Part shown: positions 26,523 through 36,245 of the stretch, piece by piece
How positions within the stretch are numbered: the first letter of the stretch is position 1
Layout: every line of letters begins with the position of its first letter
NCBI GenBank assembly: GCA_003140785.1
Contig: PLKY01000383.1
Span: 43,465-88,518, forward strand
Reading direction: 5' to 3'
Source of the DNA: Acidobacteriaceae bacterium
Lineage (GTDB): Bacteria; Acidobacteriota; Terriglobia; Terriglobales; Acidobacteriaceae
DNA length: 45,054 bases
Made by a program: the position numbers and the translations under genes
The notes under the pieces: generated by a model
The model's input: the letters and a program-made list of their open reading frames with translations, nothing else
The model's database searches: none
Told to the model about the DNA's origin: nothing

Positions 26523-27509
26523 TTACGCAATGCGGAGGATCTTCGCGGGCTGCTCTTCCTCTTCCTCAGCTGGGCGATCCAGAGCGGAAGCTGCCTGCGA
26601 CGCGTAATGGACCTTGTTGATGATGGACAGCGGCCGCTGGCGAACTTCGTCGTAAACGCGCCCCAGGTATTCGCCAAGCACGCCGAGGCAGAGCAGCAGA
26701 GCGCCGCCCACCAGGAACACCGCAGACGCCACGCCGCAGCCGACTGCATTCCATGGACTGCTCGACAGCATGCTGGCAAACGCCATAAGCGCGGCCATGC
26801 AGCAGGCAACACCCGAGAGCACGAAGCAAAGCCGCAGGGGCTTGTAACTGAAGCTCGTGATCGCATCCATCGCGTACTTGATGCGGCTGGTGAAGGACAG
26901 CTTGCCGTCGCCCGCGAGGCGGTCCTGGCGATCATAATAGACAATCGCGTTGCTGTAACCCACCCACGCGCGCAGGCCGGGCAGATAACGATTGTTCTCG
27001 CGCATGGCGTTGATGGAGTCGACCGTCTGACGATCCATCAGGCCAAAGATGCCGGCGTTGATGGGGATGGGAAAGTCGGAGAGCGCGCTGAGCAACCGAT
27101 AGAACAGCGGAAACAGTTTTGCGAGAACTTTACGGCGCTCCTGGCGGCTTCTGCGCACGGCGACAACGACCTGGGCACCGCCGCGCCAGGTTTCGACCAA
27201 CTCCGGAATCACTTCGGGGGGATCCTGAAAATCGCCATCCATCAGCACCACGGCATCGCCGCGGGCGGTTTCCAGGCCAGCCGAGATGGCGCCCATGTGA
27301 CCCCAGTTGCGAGTCAGATCGACGACTATGACGTGCGTATCGTCTTCCTGCAAACCACGCAGCAGATCCAGCGACGAGTCTTTGGAGCCGTCATTGACGT
27401 AGACGACCTCCCACGGCTCGCCAATATCCATCAACGCATCGGCGACGGCTTCATGGAAGAGCGGAATATTCGCTTCCTCGTTATAGATCGGCACCACGAC
27501 CGAAATCAT
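26523..27509 (-). CDS. GT2 polyprenol-phosphate glycosyltransferase (GtrB/ArnC/DPM1-like)
   Basis: ISVVVPIYNEE, VNDGSKD, RNWGH and MDGDFQDPP motifs; two C-terminal TMs; GEYLGRVYDEVRQRP. Confidence 0.92.
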   Translation of the reverse strand: MISVVVPIYNEEANIPLFHEAVADALMDIGEPWEVVYVNDGSKDSSLDLLRGLQEDDTHVIVVDLTRNWGHMGAISAGLETARGDAVVLMDGDFQDPPEVIPELVETWRGGAQVVVAVRRSRQERRKVLAKLFPLFYRLLSALSDFPIPINAGIFGLMDRQTVDSINAMRENNRYLPGLRAWVGYSNAIVYYDRQDRLAGDGKLSFTSRIKYAMDAITSFSYKPLRLCFVLSGVACCMAALMAFASMLSSSPWNAVGCGVASAVFLVGGALLLCLGVLGEYLGRVYDEVRQRPLSIINKVHYASQAASALDRPAEEEEEQPAKILRIA

Positions 27510-27611
27510 CTATCCTCCTGAAGTTCGATACATGACCAGCGCTGCCGTGCGCGCCGGATCTGAAATTCGCGTGCAAATGGGTCGTGCGGTCTTGCGGAGC
27601 AGGCTAAGGGT

Positions 27612-28109
27612 TCACTGCGATTCAGCCTGAAGCACGCGTACCTTCCAACGCACTTCTGTGGGCGTGAGAACCGCTATATAGCGTGCCTGTACTGGCTGTG
27701 TCGCCAGGACCTTCTCACGATCGAGAAGCTGTACGTCGTATTGGATGTAGTCAACCAGCTGAATGGATAGCCCCTCGGGAGAGTAAAAAATAATTTTGAT
27801 GTCGTGGGAGCGTTCCTGGTAATGGGTGCGCAGACCCAGCTTTGCCTGTTCGGCGATGGTAACCGCGAATTTCTCCTTCGCAGTGCCCACAAAGTTCTGA
27901 TTCAACAGGTCCGCGCGGTTCTGATCCATGGCCGCGCTCAGTGTTTGCCAGGCCTCAAGATAATCGCGCACCACAGCCGATTCTGTCTGCCTGGCTAGCG
28001 GCCGGGGACCCCGCAGCACGGTGGGTTCCACCTGGACGGAGCCCTGGTCCGCGGCGAATGCGGCAGATACGGCAAGCGCGGCGCAGAGAATCGCGAGGGG
28101 TCGCGTCAC
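27612..28109 (-). CDS. Exported hypothetical protein (possible NTF2-like fold)
   Basis: Signal peptide ending AFA|; helices then beta strands ending in WKV; GTGA overlap with the upstream gene. Confidence 0.75.
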   Translation of the reverse strand: MTRPLAILCAALAVSAAFAADQGSVQVEPTVLRGPRPLARQTESAVVRDYLEAWQTLSAAMDQNRADLLNQNFVGTAKEKFAVTIAEQAKLGLRTHYQERSHDIKIIFYSPEGLSIQLVDYIQYDVQLLDREKVLATQPVQARYIAVLTPTEVRWKVRVLQAESQ

Positions 28110-28981
28110 GGCTGGCCCTCCCAGCGGATTTCGTTCCCCATCACGACGCCGGTCGCCACGGAGATGCGCGCGCCACTGCGGGCGGGGACTTCAGCCTGGG
28201 CGACGCTGTGCTTGAGAGGAACGTCGACGGTAGTCTGACTGCCATTCCAACTCTCGGTAAACGTGACGATGGTCCCGTCGGTCACGGCATTGCCGCTGCA
28301 GTCGCGCAGCGGATCGGTTTCGAGCTGAAGCTTATCGCCGACCTGGCGGGCACTCATCTTCAATCCACAGGGATCTCCGGGAACCTGCTGGATCACGCGA
28401 GCAGCGGAAACATTGCCGGCCTGCGCAACGAACTTCGCATTTCCCTCTTTGGTGGCCGAGTTCATCTCCGTCCACGCTGCGCCCTGACTGGTCGTGACGG
28501 TGCGAGCTTGCGTCGGAGCGGCGGCGACGGATAGCTGGAAGTTGACCTGCGTCGGTTTCGTGATCAGGTTCTGAAAGGAGTCGAAGACATACACCGCGCC
28601 GGTGATGCCGTTTTGCAAGCCTGCGGGAAGCCGCGAGGGCTTGGCCAGAAAGCTGAGTGCTGCGGGCGTACTGGCGGGGGCAACGTCAAACTCTCCGGTC
28701 TCCGTCGACGAGTCACTGCGTAGAACAGCGAGATAATGTCCGGCATTACTGAGGTCGCCCGCCGCAAAGGCGATGGGCTGACCCAGTTGCACCTCACGCT
28801 TTAACGCCTGGGCAGGTCCGGCGACGTAGAGAGTCGCTTTACCGGCGCCGGTGGTTGGGATCGAGAAGGCGCTGCCAGCCTCGATGTTCTTTGGCAGATC
28901 CAGAGCTCCGCTTTGCGCCAGAGCCGGCAGGACCGCAGCGGAGACGATAACAGCCAGCCAGGATACACGTACGCGACTCAT
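28106..28981 (-). CDS. Exported beta-rich protein with Ig-like (Big_1/invasin-like) repeats
   Basis: Signal peptide ending ALA|Q; DSFQNLITKPTQVNF and DCSGNAVTDGTIVTF Ig-like motifs; ATGA overlap. Confidence 0.75.
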   Translation of the reverse strand: MSRVRVSWLAVIVSAAVLPALAQSGALDLPKNIEAGSAFSIPTTGAGKATLYVAGPAQALKREVQLGQPIAFAAGDLSNAGHYLAVLRSDSSTETGEFDVAPASTPAALSFLAKPSRLPAGLQNGITGAVYVFDSFQNLITKPTQVNFQLSVAAAPTQARTVTTSQGAAWTEMNSATKEGNAKFVAQAGNVSAARVIQQVPGDPCGLKMSARQVGDKLQLETDPLRDCSGNAVTDGTIVTFTESWNGSQTTVDVPLKHSVAQAEVPARSGARISVATGVVMGNEIRWEGQP

Positions 28982-30111
28982 TGGAAGCCGCCAGAACTGT
29001 ACGTCGCGACCACAGCGCGCTCGGTGCTGACTTTGCGGGCCAGATCCTCGGGAACCGGCATCGAGAACGACACCGGGGTTTGCGGCAGGAGCGCGCGATC
29101 AATGTACTGATCCGCAACCCAAACCAACTGGCCGCTCTGATCGTAGAAGGTGCCGAGCACGTGAGCGATGTTGACAATCTGGCCGCTCTGGTTCACCAAA
29201 TCTCCGCCGAAGATCGCATCCGGCGCGGGGCTCAGTTTCTGGTTTTGGATTTCGACGACGGGATCGGCCGAAGCCGCGACGAGATTCGACATCGGGTCCA
29301 TATGGATGCTGTCGACCTCGGAGAGCGAGACGTTAGGGAACGTGATCAGGAACGGTGTGACCTGCTTGGGCAGAAGCAGGTGGGAGATTTTGTCGAAGCT
29401 GTCTTCGGTAGCGATGGCCGAGCCGTTTTTGGCCAGCAGCGTCGCCTTCACTGAGACGTAAGCCGGCACGACGTCTTCATTCAGTAGTTCGCCGAGCACG
29501 ACGACGCCGGCGGCGCGCTCCACCGGATGCATGTCCACGATGCGGACGTGAGGAGCCTCGACGTCCTGGGCGCCCCAGTCATCCGCCGGGCCGCGGTAGA
29601 TTACATCCCAGCGCAGGTAGTTCACGGCAATAACCTGCGGCGGCACTCGCGTCTCTTTGACGATGGGCCAGACAGGAGCCCACTGATCCCCGTTTCTGAC
29701 CACCTGAAGGTTGCGCGTGTCGAGGAAGGTGCCGACGACCGTGGACCAGCGCATTCGGAGCCGCACCTGCGCGTCGCTGTCGGAAACATGCAGCGGCTGG
29801 ACCTGGTAGGTATCCAGGATGGCGTAGGTGCGAAGACTGGGATAGCTGCCGGTTAAGTCGTGGAGGAAATCCTGTTCGGTGAATTCGGCTTTGTTACTTA
29901 GTTCGGAGTACGCTTTCGGCCAGTCCTGATGGCCAATGGCAATCGCCAGATTGTCCACTGCGCTTTCCGGCGTGGAGGGCGAATGCATGATGCCGGAGGG
30001 ACTCATGCCCGCATAGGCGGCCGCCGCGGGGACGGGCCAGAGCGTGCCGACGACAACCAGGGCAATCGTCGCTGCCACGAGAAACAAGGCAAGAAACCGC
30101 CCGCCCATCAC
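28978..30111 (-). CDS. Exported protein with two FxLYD-like Ig domains
   Basis: N-terminal signal/TM; repeated G[ED]L[LV]N...[AG]T[LF][LY]xxxG units (GELLNE...ATLLAKNG; GDLVNQ...GTFYDQSG); GTGA overlap. Confidence 0.72.
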   Translation of the reverse strand: MMGGRFLALFLVAATIALVVVGTLWPVPAAAAYAGMSPSGIMHSPSTPESAVDNLAIAIGHQDWPKAYSELSNKAEFTEQDFLHDLTGSYPSLRTYAILDTYQVQPLHVSDSDAQVRLRMRWSTVVGTFLDTRNLQVVRNGDQWAPVWPIVKETRVPPQVIAVNYLRWDVIYRGPADDWGAQDVEAPHVRIVDMHPVERAAGVVVLGELLNEDVVPAYVSVKATLLAKNGSAIATEDSFDKISHLLLPKQVTPFLITFPNVSLSEVDSIHMDPMSNLVAASADPVVEIQNQKLSPAPDAIFGGDLVNQSGQIVNIAHVLGTFYDQSGQLVWVADQYIDRALLPQTPVSFSMPVPEDLARKVSTERAVVATYSSGGFQ

Positions 30112-31859
30112 GATACCAGCCTTCCTGAGACGTAATCTTCCTGCGCGATGTCGGACTCGACGCCAACCGGTGCGCGGCGCCGGCTATCGGGCAGCAGAAC
30201 CACCAAAATGGCGAGGATGCTGCTGCCTAGCGGCAGCGTACCCCACATCAGCCCCTGCCACGCGGGCGGCATCTGGGGCGCATTTACGGTCGTCGCCGGC
30301 GGAACACCATCCTTGCTCCAGACAGTAACGGTGCGATCTTCGAGATTATCCACGCGACGCCAGCCTCCGAACGAGAGCAGCGGTTCGTAATAAGGATCGC
30401 GAACGAAGACCCACTTCAGGCTGTAGCGATCGGCGTGATCGAGGATAGCGTGGAGCGCATCGAGCCCCTCTTTGCCAAAGTACTTCGAGCTGGTGAGCGC
30501 CCCACCAGCGTGGGCGGTGAGCTCGGGCAGCATACGGCCGGAGTTCCACTCGCCGTCGACGCTGCTGGCGTCGGTGAGAACGGCTAATCGGGATATTTTG
30601 TTTCCGAAGCCGAGGGTTACATAGCGGTAGTTATCGTGACCATCGCGATTGAGCCAGTTCGCGACCGCATCGACCTTGAAGTCTTGTGCGTCGGCCGGGC
30701 GATAGGTGGACCAGGCGACAGCGAGTGCGCAGGTTGCGGTCGCCGCAAGGGTGAGTCCGGCAACCGCGCGCAGCCGATAGCGATCGATAAGCTCCGCGGC
30801 AAGCAGTCCAACAAACGGCAGTGCGAGCAATGTAGCCCAATAGCTGAAGCGCTCCATGGTCAAAACGTCAAAAGCACGGCCGAGAAGCACCCTGCCTACA
30901 GGCGTTGTTCCGCCGAGACCAACGAGAAAAGCCAGCCAGAAACCGAGCAACAAAGGACGGAGACGAGCGACCACCGAGCCACGCACGAATATGAAGGGCA
31001 GCGCCAGAACCAAAAATCCATAGGGAACGACGAAGTAGTTCACGCCCCACTGCGGACTCAGGATGTAGTTGGCGCGGCTGGCGTGAGGGATCGGTGTCTG
31101 CGTGACCGGATAGTGGATGAGCGCGATCCAAAAGGGCAGAAGCACGAGGGCCACGGCCGCGCCGACCACCGCGGTCATGACTACGGTACGCATGACGAAA
31201 GCGCCGGTCGAAACTCGCTCGCCGCCCTGGCGATCGATAAGGACCAGCGCCAGCACGGGTATAGCAAAGAACATGGACCCGAAGAGCAATGTCGCGTGAT
31301 GGGCGGCGGCAGCAGCGGTGAACAGCGCGGCGCCTTTCAGGAAGGAACGCCACTTCCCTTCCCTGATCCACTCAAACATGTACGGCAGAGCATTGAGGTA
31401 GAGAGGCGCCGCCGCAGTAGTCGACAACTGACCAGCGGAGTAGACGAGGAAGCTCTCGGACCCGAGAAAGACGCTGGCCAGTGCGGCCAGCGACGCAGCG
31501 CGTTGGTTGACCCACAGCAGAGCGAACCGGTAGACACCGAGGGCCAGAAGCAGAATTGCAGCGAACTGCACCGCCATATAGGCCAGATCCAGTCCGATCA
31601 GTCTGGATACCAGCGCGACCCACTGCTGCGGCAGAGGTGGATACGTGGTTTGTGAGAATCCCGCATACCACTTGGCGTTCCACGGATTAAACCAATGGTG
31701 CAGATAGTGAGACGCAAAAAAAATATGAAAATTCGTGTCGTACGACTTGAGGGGCAACCCCATGAGCAGGAGCGGCAGATGAACAGCAAAGACAGCCATG
31801 AGGATGAAGCTCATGGGGATGGGTCGATTCAATGGTGCTGCCGCTTCAAGCCTTTGCAA
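30108..31859 (-). CDS. Multi-TM GT-C-like membrane protein (PTPS-related/YfhO-like)
   Basis: YDTNFH...W...WYAG...YPPL first-loop signature, about 11-12 TMs, a periplasmic domain and a terminal TM; GAGG RBS before TTG. Confidence 0.75.
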   Translation of the reverse strand: MQRLEAAAPLNRPIPMSFILMAVFAVHLPLLLMGLPLKSYDTNFHIFFASHYLHHWFNPWNAKWYAGFSQTTYPPLPQQWVALVSRLIGLDLAYMAVQFAAILLLALGVYRFALLWVNQRAASLAALASVFLGSESFLVYSAGQLSTTAAAPLYLNALPYMFEWIREGKWRSFLKGAALFTAAAAAHHATLLFGSMFFAIPVLALVLIDRQGGERVSTGAFVMRTVVMTAVVGAAVALVLLPFWIALIHYPVTQTPIPHASRANYILSPQWGVNYFVVPYGFLVLALPFIFVRGSVVARLRPLLLGFWLAFLVGLGGTTPVGRVLLGRAFDVLTMERFSYWATLLALPFVGLLAAELIDRYRLRAVAGLTLAATATCALAVAWSTYRPADAQDFKVDAVANWLNRDGHDNYRYVTLGFGNKISRLAVLTDASSVDGEWNSGRMLPELTAHAGGALTSSKYFGKEGLDALHAILDHADRYSLKWVFVRDPYYEPLLSFGGWRRVDNLEDRTVTVWSKDGVPPATTVNAPQMPPAWQGLMWGTLPLGSSILAILVVLLPDSRRRAPVGVESDIAQEDYVSGRLVS

Positions 31860-32006
31860 CGGAATGCCTCAGGAATGAGCTTTGGATTCAGTTTGTGAGC
31901 CTCCTGGTTGCCTTCCAAACACCCGCCGGATCCCGAGCAGGGGCCAACGCTGCTGCAGCACGCAGCATCCAAAAGCCAGTATTCCGTGCGAACGACTGGT
32001 GACACC

Positions 32007-35000
32007 TTGATTGCTCGACCTGGCTGCCTTAGATTTGCAAGTGGTCTGCTGATTGTTGTCGCTTTCGCATGCCGCAACTTCGCGCAGACGTACAAAGTCG
32101 GCTCCGATGGGTCCAGCAAGACACAATCGACGCCCAATCAGCCGCAACAGTCGGGGCAGCAGCTCGGATGGGGATCGAATATTCAGAATGCGAGACTCGC
32201 AGGGGCTGCCGAAGCTGCTCTGAAGCGCGGCGATCATCAACAGGCCGTCGAATATGCGCAGCGCGCAGCCCAGGCTGCTCCTAATGATCCGCGCTTGTGG
32301 TTTTTGCTCGGCTACGCGGCGCGCCTCGACTCCAAACCCGGGCTCGCGGTCGATGCATACAACCACGGCCTCCGTCTGAGTCCTTCGTCGCTGGAAGGCC
32401 TCTCGGGTCTGGCCCAGACCTATGGCGAGATGGGGCGGACGAAGGAAGCGCAGGATCTACTGAAGACGGTGCTGGCCGCGGACCCGAAGCAGCCCGACGA
32501 TGCGCTGCTGCTGGGCGATCTGCAGATGAGGTCAGGCGACTATCAGGACGCGCTCGACACTCTGGGCAAGACGGAACGAATGCAGCCGAGTGCCCGCGCC
32601 GAGTTGCTGATGGCGCTCTCGTACGAGCACACGAAGCAGATGGATTTGGTGCGGCGGTATCTGGACATGGCGAAGGCTCGCACCCCCAACAATCCGGACG
32701 TGGAGCGCTCGCTGGCCGGTTATTACCGCGAGACGGGCAACTATGGCGACGCGATAGCCGCGCTGAAAGCGATCCGGTCGCCGCGGCCGGATGTCAAAGC
32801 AGAGCTGGCGTACACCTATCAGCTGGACGGCAAGCAGGAGATTGCCGCAAAGCTGTACAGCGAAGTCGCCAATGCCATGCCGAAGGACCTAGGCCTGCAG
32901 CTTTCTGCGGCGCAGGCTGAAGTGGCTGTCGGCTCCATGCAGCATGCCAATGATTTTTTGGCGCGAGCGGCAGCGATCGATCCAAATCATTATCGTCTGC
33001 ACGCCCTTCGTGGGGAGATTGCACGGATCGAGGAGCGCGACAGCGAAGCGGTGCAGGAATATCAGACGGCTCTGGCGCATCTGCCAGCGGACCCCGCGGA
33101 GGGTCCGCTGTACAGCATCCAGCTCCATATGGATCTGATGGGGCTGTATCAGAACCTCCATCAGTCCGGTGCTGCGCTCAAGGAGCTGGCCACGGCGCAG
33201 ACGGCGATCAACGCGCTGGACGAGCATGGTTCGGACCGCGCACCTTTCCTGCGGCTGCGCGCGCTGATCAAGATGAATGCCGGGGACCTGGAAGGCGCGC
33301 GCACTGACATGACTGAGGCGCTGGCGCTCAACGCAACGGATCGCAACAGCCTGCAGCTGGATGGCGACCTGTTAATGAAGCTCGGCCGCACCGACGAAGC
33401 GATTGCGGTTTACAAGCAGATCCTGGCGATGGATCCGAATAGCCGGTTCGCGCTTACTTCGATGGGCTATGCGTCGCGCGCGGCGGGCCACGATCAGGAC
33501 GCGGAGAAGTACTTCCAACGTTTAGCACAGGCTTATCCGATGCTGTATGTGCCGTGGCTCGCGCTGGGCGATCTGTACACGTCGCGTCGCGACTATGCGA
33601 AGGCGGAGAGCGCCTACAGCAAGGGATACTCGATGGCTCCAGGTAACGCGCTGATCGTGGCCGGAGGTATGAACGCCAATATCGAAGCGCACAAACTCGA
33701 TGTTGCCGAAGTGTGGTTCCATCGAACCACGAAGGATATGCAGGACGAGCCTCAGGTATTGCGCGAGAAGGAAAGATACCTGAGTTTTCGCGGCGAGTAT
33801 CAGCAATCGGCCGATATGGCGGCTCAGGCCATTCGCGTCCTGCCCAACGACAGAGATGTAGTGGTCTACCTTGGCTACGACCTTCTGTACCTGAACCAGT
33901 ACGACGACCTGCTCAATCTAACTTCGAAATACAATCTGGTTCTGGCCAGGGAACCAGACATCCCGCTGCTTGCTGGATATGTGCACAAGCACAACGGCCA
34001 GCTGAGCGAGGCCCGGCAGGACTTTTCTGAGGCGCTCCAGCGCGATCCGGAAATCGTTACGGCCTACGTGAATCGTGGGTTTGTGTTGCACGATCTCCGC
34101 CAGCCACGGGATGCGGCGGGGGATTTTGAAGCTGCACTGAAGCGGGAGCCGAAGAACGGCGAAGCTCATCTTGGGCTCGCCTATACGAGCCTCGATCTGC
34201 GCAAACCGCAGATAGCTCTGCGCCAGGTGGCGCTTGCTGAAAGCAGCCTGGGCGACAGCCAGCCCGTCCACCTGATTCGCGCGACCGCTTACGGGCTGCA
34301 GGGTGCACTTGCGAAAGCGGCCAACGAATATCGCGCTGCGATCAAATTCACGCCAAATGACGGGTCGCTTTATCTCGCGCTGGGGGGGACATTATATGCG
34401 GAGCGCCAGTATCACGATGCCATCGACGATTTGAGTATCGCGCAAAAGCTGCAGCCGGACGATGACATGGTATACGCCTGGCTGGCTCGCGCGTGGTCAC
34501 AACTGGATGATCAGCAGCAGACCATGCGCTACGTCCAACTCGCGGAGCAGCATGCTTTCCTTCGACATGCCGCTACTGCAACGACCCACTCGGATGGAGC
34601 GGAATTGTTTCTCTTCACCGGGGAGGCTCTGAGCCACCTTGGGGACCAGAACGCCGCGATGGATCGATATCGGAGAGCTCTAACCATGCCGCACAGCGAC
34701 CGAGTCGGCGTGCGGCTGGCGATCGCGCAGACGATGGCGCAGAAAGATCGCACCGAAGATGCCAGCAGGCAAATCGCGCTGGCTCTGATGGAAGCGGAGT
34801 CAGGAGAGACGGTTCCGCCTACCGGGCAGCAGATGATTGAGGCCGCCGATCTGTTTCGGCAGATGCATGATTACCAATTATCCGAGACTTACCTCCAACG
34901 TGCCGAGGCAGCAGGCGCATCCGATACTGCTGTGCATGTAGGTTTGGCCAATACGTACCTCGCTTTGGGAGATACCGCCAGAGCCCAGGGCGAACTCGCG

Positions 35001-36233
35001 GCTGTGAGCAACTCACCGGACGATGAGCCGGACTATGAATATTTGCTGGCGGAAGCCAACGTCTATCGGCAGGAACACCAAAGCACCCAGGCATTGACGG
35101 CATTTGCCCAGGCGTCCGACGCCGCGGGAGAAGATCAAACAGCGGAACAGAATCTGCTTCAGGCGGGAGGCGATGAGGGGTTCCGGGTCAATCGCCGGTT
35201 CAGCGTGCTGTCTGATGTTTCGGTAGATCCGATCTTCGAAGACACTACCGTCTATATTCTCGACTCGAAGCTGGACGCTGGCTTTCCGGTGCCGCCAACG
35301 GATACTTCCCTTCTGCCTCCGCCGCGATCTTCGCTGGAAACCCAATGGACCAGCGCCTTCCATCTGCATCTGAACTATCTTCCGGCGGCCAGTGGCTTTT
35401 TCGAATTACGGAATGCGCGCGGCGATATTTCGGTGCCAGCTACGAATTCTGTTGTCAGCCGGAATACAACCGATTACTCGTTCAATTTTGGAGTCAATCC
35501 CACGATTCATTTGGGCACGAACGTCATCACCTTCAACAGCGGCGTTCAGGCTACGACGCGACGCGATTCTGAGTCCCCCTTACAGTTGAACCAGAATCTC
35601 TTTCGCGAATTTACCTACGTGTCGACCAGTTCGTTCTTCAATGTTCTGTCGATGGATGGGTACGTCCTCCGGGAGACCGGTCCATTCACCGAAAGCAACC
35701 TGCATTCCGACGCCTTCGCAGCCGCCGTCGATTTCCGGGTGGGCGCGCCGTGGGGGAAGACGGCACTGATCACCGGATGGGGAGAGAACGATCAGACTTT
35801 CACGCCGGTCGCCACCGAGGACTACTACACCTCCTCCTATATCGGTTTGGAGCGCCGCTTCGGCGATCACTTCGACGCTAAGGCCATTGCTGAAGATCTG
35901 CGGGCGTGGCGGAAGGTGGGAACGCGCTCCGGGATCGCGCAGGACCTTCGCCCCGCCGGCACCGTGCAATACCGGCCCGCGCGGCGGTGGAATATTCAGG
36001 CGTCGGCTGCTTACTCCGACAATCGAAGCTTTCACATTTACGACGCGGTCCAGAGCAGTTTTTCCGTTTCCTATGGAATGCCTTACCACCGAGAATTCAA
36101 GGATGAAACCGGAGATGTTGTCCTGCAGTATCCAATCCGCTTTTCAGCCGGAGTGCAACAGGAGACCTTCTTCAATTTCACAGGTGGGCAGAATCAGCAG
36201 TTCAGACCGTATTTCAGCATCACCCTATTCTGA
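32007..36233 (+). CDS. Large TPR-repeat protein with a C-terminal outer-membrane beta-barrel (BcsC/PelB/PgaA-like architecture)
   Basis: Signal peptide from TTG 32007 (NFA|QT) and about 1000 aa of TPR-type repeats. The last ~350 aa are amphipathic beta strands ending PYFSITLF (terminal Phe). The ORF is open from 31908. Confidence 0.82.
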   Translation: MIARPGCLRFASGLLIVVAFACRNFAQTYKVGSDGSSKTQSTPNQPQQSGQQLGWGSNIQNARLAGAAEAALKRGDHQQAVEYAQRAAQAAPNDPRLWFLLGYAARLDSKPGLAVDAYNHGLRLSPSSLEGLSGLAQTYGEMGRTKEAQDLLKTVLAADPKQPDDALLLGDLQMRSGDYQDALDTLGKTERMQPSARAELLMALSYEHTKQMDLVRRYLDMAKARTPNNPDVERSLAGYYRETGNYGDAIAALKAIRSPRPDVKAELAYTYQLDGKQEIAAKLYSEVANAMPKDLGLQLSAAQAEVAVGSMQHANDFLARAAAIDPNHYRLHALRGEIARIEERDSEAVQEYQTALAHLPADPAEGPLYSIQLHMDLMGLYQNLHQSGAALKELATAQTAINALDEHGSDRAPFLRLRALIKMNAGDLEGARTDMTEALALNATDRNSLQLDGDLLMKLGRTDEAIAVYKQILAMDPNSRFALTSMGYASRAAGHDQDAEKYFQRLAQAYPMLYVPWLALGDLYTSRRDYAKAESAYSKGYSMAPGNALIVAGGMNANIEAHKLDVAEVWFHRTTKDMQDEPQVLREKERYLSFRGEYQQSADMAAQAIRVLPNDRDVVVYLGYDLLYLNQYDDLLNLTSKYNLVLAREPDIPLLAGYVHKHNGQLSEARQDFSEALQRDPEIVTAYVNRGFVLHDLRQPRDAAGDFEAALKREPKNGEAHLGLAYTSLDLRKPQIALRQVALAESSLGDSQPVHLIRATAYGLQGALAKAANEYRAAIKFTPNDGSLYLALGGTLYAERQYHDAIDDLSIAQKLQPDDDMVYAWLARAWSQLDDQQQTMRYVQLAEQHAFLRHAATATTHSDGAELFLFTGEALSHLGDQNAAMDRYRRALTMPHSDRVGVRLAIAQTMAQKDRTEDASRQIALALMEAESGETVPPTGQQMIEAADLFRQMHDYQLSETYLQRAEAAGASDTAVHVGLANTYLALGDTARAQGELAAVSNSPDDEPDYEYLLAEANVYRQEHQSTQALTAFAQASDAAGEDQTAEQNLLQAGGDEGFRVNRRFSVLSDVSVDPIFEDTTVYILDSKLDAGFPVPPTDTSLLPPPRSSLETQWTSAFHLHLNYLPAASGFFELRNARGDISVPATNSVVSRNTTDYSFNFGVNPTIHLGTNVITFNSGVQATTRRDSESPLQLNQNLFREFTYVSTSSFFNVLSMDGYVLRETGPFTESNLHSDAFAAAVDFRVGAPWGKTALITGWGENDQTFTPVATEDYYTSSYIGLERRFGDHFDAKAIAEDLRAWRKVGTRSGIAQDLRPAGTVQYRPARRWNIQASAAYSDNRSFHIYDAVQSSFSVSYGMPYHREFKDETGDVVLQYPIRFSAGVQQETFFNFTGGQNQQFRPYFSITLF

Positions 36234-36245
36234 AGGCGGAGTTTG

